The notes under the pieces are model-generated. The model was not told where the DNA came from. It saw only the letters and a program-made list of their open reading frames with translations, and did not search any database. Of a stretch of 25,628 nt of DNA, positions 24,469 to 25,628 are shown in pieces. Both the position numbers and the translations under genes were made by a program. Source of the stretch: Promethearchaeota archaeon (GTDB taxonomy: Archaea; Asgardarchaeota; Lokiarchaeia; Sigyniarchaeales; SOKP01); the NCBI GenBank assembly GCA_048940925.1, contig JBHLOC010000057.1, positions 1-25,628 of the forward strand, read 5' to 3'. Position 1 is the first letter of the stretch; each line of letters starts with the position of its first letter.

Positions 24469-25002
24469 TTATTTTGTCTTTAGATTATTCTTTATTTGTT
24501 TTTTTCTCATTTTTTCTAATTCTTTTTCAATTGCTTTTTCTTTTCTTGATTTCCATCTTCCAGTTGGTTCAGCTTTTTTACTATAATATTGAAAGTATAT
24601 AAAAATATGTAAAATCACAGCAGCGCCCCAAAAAATGGATGGAAAAATTACCCAGTAAAACTCAGGAAATGTAGTAAAGTTAATTATAAATAAAAAAAGC
24701 ATAACAAAAACGTAAGATGTTAAATGATAAATAACGCCTCGTTTAGCCATTGGATAAACACCCCTAGCATATAATATATAGGCTAAGGCATGCATATTCA
24801 TACCTATTAACCATGAAAAAAAGGGAAAGATAATCCAATAAAAATCTGGTGTAAATCCTAGATCTACTATAAAAAGTAATATATTTACTATAACGAAAAT
24901 AGTTATATGTATCTTTACAGAAAACCTAAAACTAACTTTCTGCGCCGCTATTTCCCTTAAACTCTCTTCTGAAAATCCTGACTTAATTTTCATCATTTTC
25001 AC
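24469..25002 (-). CDS. Membrane protein with two tandem 2TM domains
   Basis: IHITIFVIVNILLF.....FYWIIFPFFSW....MHA and YHLTSYVFVMLFLF.IN....FYWVIFPSIFWG...LHI, with a W.SRKEKAIEKELEK tail. Confidence 0.85.
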   Translation of the reverse strand: MKMMKIKSGFSEESLREIAAQKVSFRFSVKIHITIFVIVNILLFIVDLGFTPDFYWIIFPFFSWLIGMNMHALAYILYARGVYPMAKRGVIYHLTSYVFVMLFLFIINFTTFPEFYWVIFPSIFWGAAVILHIFIYFQYYSKKAEPTGRWKSRKEKAIEKELEKMRKKQIKNNLKTK

Positions 25003-25177
25003 ACTATATTGAAAAATTTTAGGAAAGATGATTATAGTATAGTTTAAAAGAAATTATAATTATTTAAATATATTGTTGAATCTACATAGCTCAAAATCAA
25101 TCATTTCAGCATAATAAAATAATGAAAATAATACACCCAAAACTCAATCAATATCAGATCTAATAAAATAAGAAGGA

Positions 25178-25501
25178 TTAAAACTTGATTGTTAGTTTAT
25201 TATATTTAAGAGTACTAATTTTACGGACTCCATGATCTCCAGAAGAATAGGAACATGTAACAAGTCCGGCTTCTTCAAGTTTTTTAATTTGAGCAGATAT
25301 ATTTGCTTCTGTCATATCTAGATTTGAGGCGATATTTGAAACATCCAGCGGTTCATCTTGGATATAATGAAGAATTTGACGCCTTGTTCGTGAGGATAAG
25401 GCTTTGACAATCTTTTCGATTTGATCATCTGATTCTATTACTATAGATTCAGAATCATTTTTTAAATTAACCTCTAATATACTAGATTGAGTGATTTCCA
25501 T
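25178..25501 (-). CDS. ArsR-family HTH transcriptional regulator
   Basis: KALSSRTRRQIL, LDVSNIA..L.MTEANISAQIKKLEEAGLV and G..G.RK motifs. Confidence 0.9.
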   Translation of the reverse strand: MEITQSSILEVNLKNDSESIVIESDDQIEKIVKALSSRTRRQILHYIQDEPLDVSNIASNLDMTEANISAQIKKLEEAGLVTCSYSSGDHGVRKISTLKYNKLTIKF

Positions 25502-25628
25502 AACTAATTATCCAACCCTTAATAATTAACTTAAGGTTATCTACATGAAACCAATATTATTGGGGATATTTATATTTACCTTGTGTCTCATTTGTAAATA
25601 ATAATTACTTATTATTACAATGATTACA

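Noticed and set aside
4690-24483. Other short track ORFs (4690-4962, 7249-7554, 8480-8674, 8487-8684, 8868-9086, 12242-12430, 12439-12654, 17075-17386, 19881-20093, 19954-20238, 22779-23021, 24169-24483)
   Set aside because: All are antisense or off-frame shadows lying wholly or mostly within longer motif-bearing genes, with no features of their own.
1-25628. CRISPR arrays, tRNA/rRNA, IS elements, integrases
   Set aside because: I saw no regularly spaced repeats, cloverleaf-like GC-rich segments, or transposase/recombinase motifs by eye.

Overview
AT-rich archaeal DNA (roughly 30% GC by eye), most consistent with an Asgard archaeon (Lokiarchaeia/Promethearchaeota). The basis for that inference is an archaeal-type cdhA, TATA/BRE promoters, and many eukaryote-signature-type proteins. 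The window holds 22 supported genes; I found no tRNA, rRNA, CRISPR array or transposase. Metabolic genes: NDP-sugar pyrophosphorylase, GalT-like transferase, D-2-hydroxyacid dehydrogenase, a stand-alone cdhA, an MtrH-like protein and three radical SAM enzymes. Regulators: RHH, PadR and ArsR. The most interesting content is three differently fused small GTPases: a Rab-like pseudo-GTPase ending in a PAN- or zipper-like coiled coil, a longin/uDENN-like-Arf-like fusion beside a V4R (Bet3/TRAPP-fold) gene, and an HhH-Rag-like-roadblock fusion. That last gene sits head-to-head with a vWA(p44/Ssl1-like)-RING-RING putative E3 ligase. Also notable are a SNAP-like helical protein, a protein with WT.E(E/D)L repeats, and a structured ~300-nt intergenic element behind the RHH gene. 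All family assignments come from motif reading and recall, not database searches.
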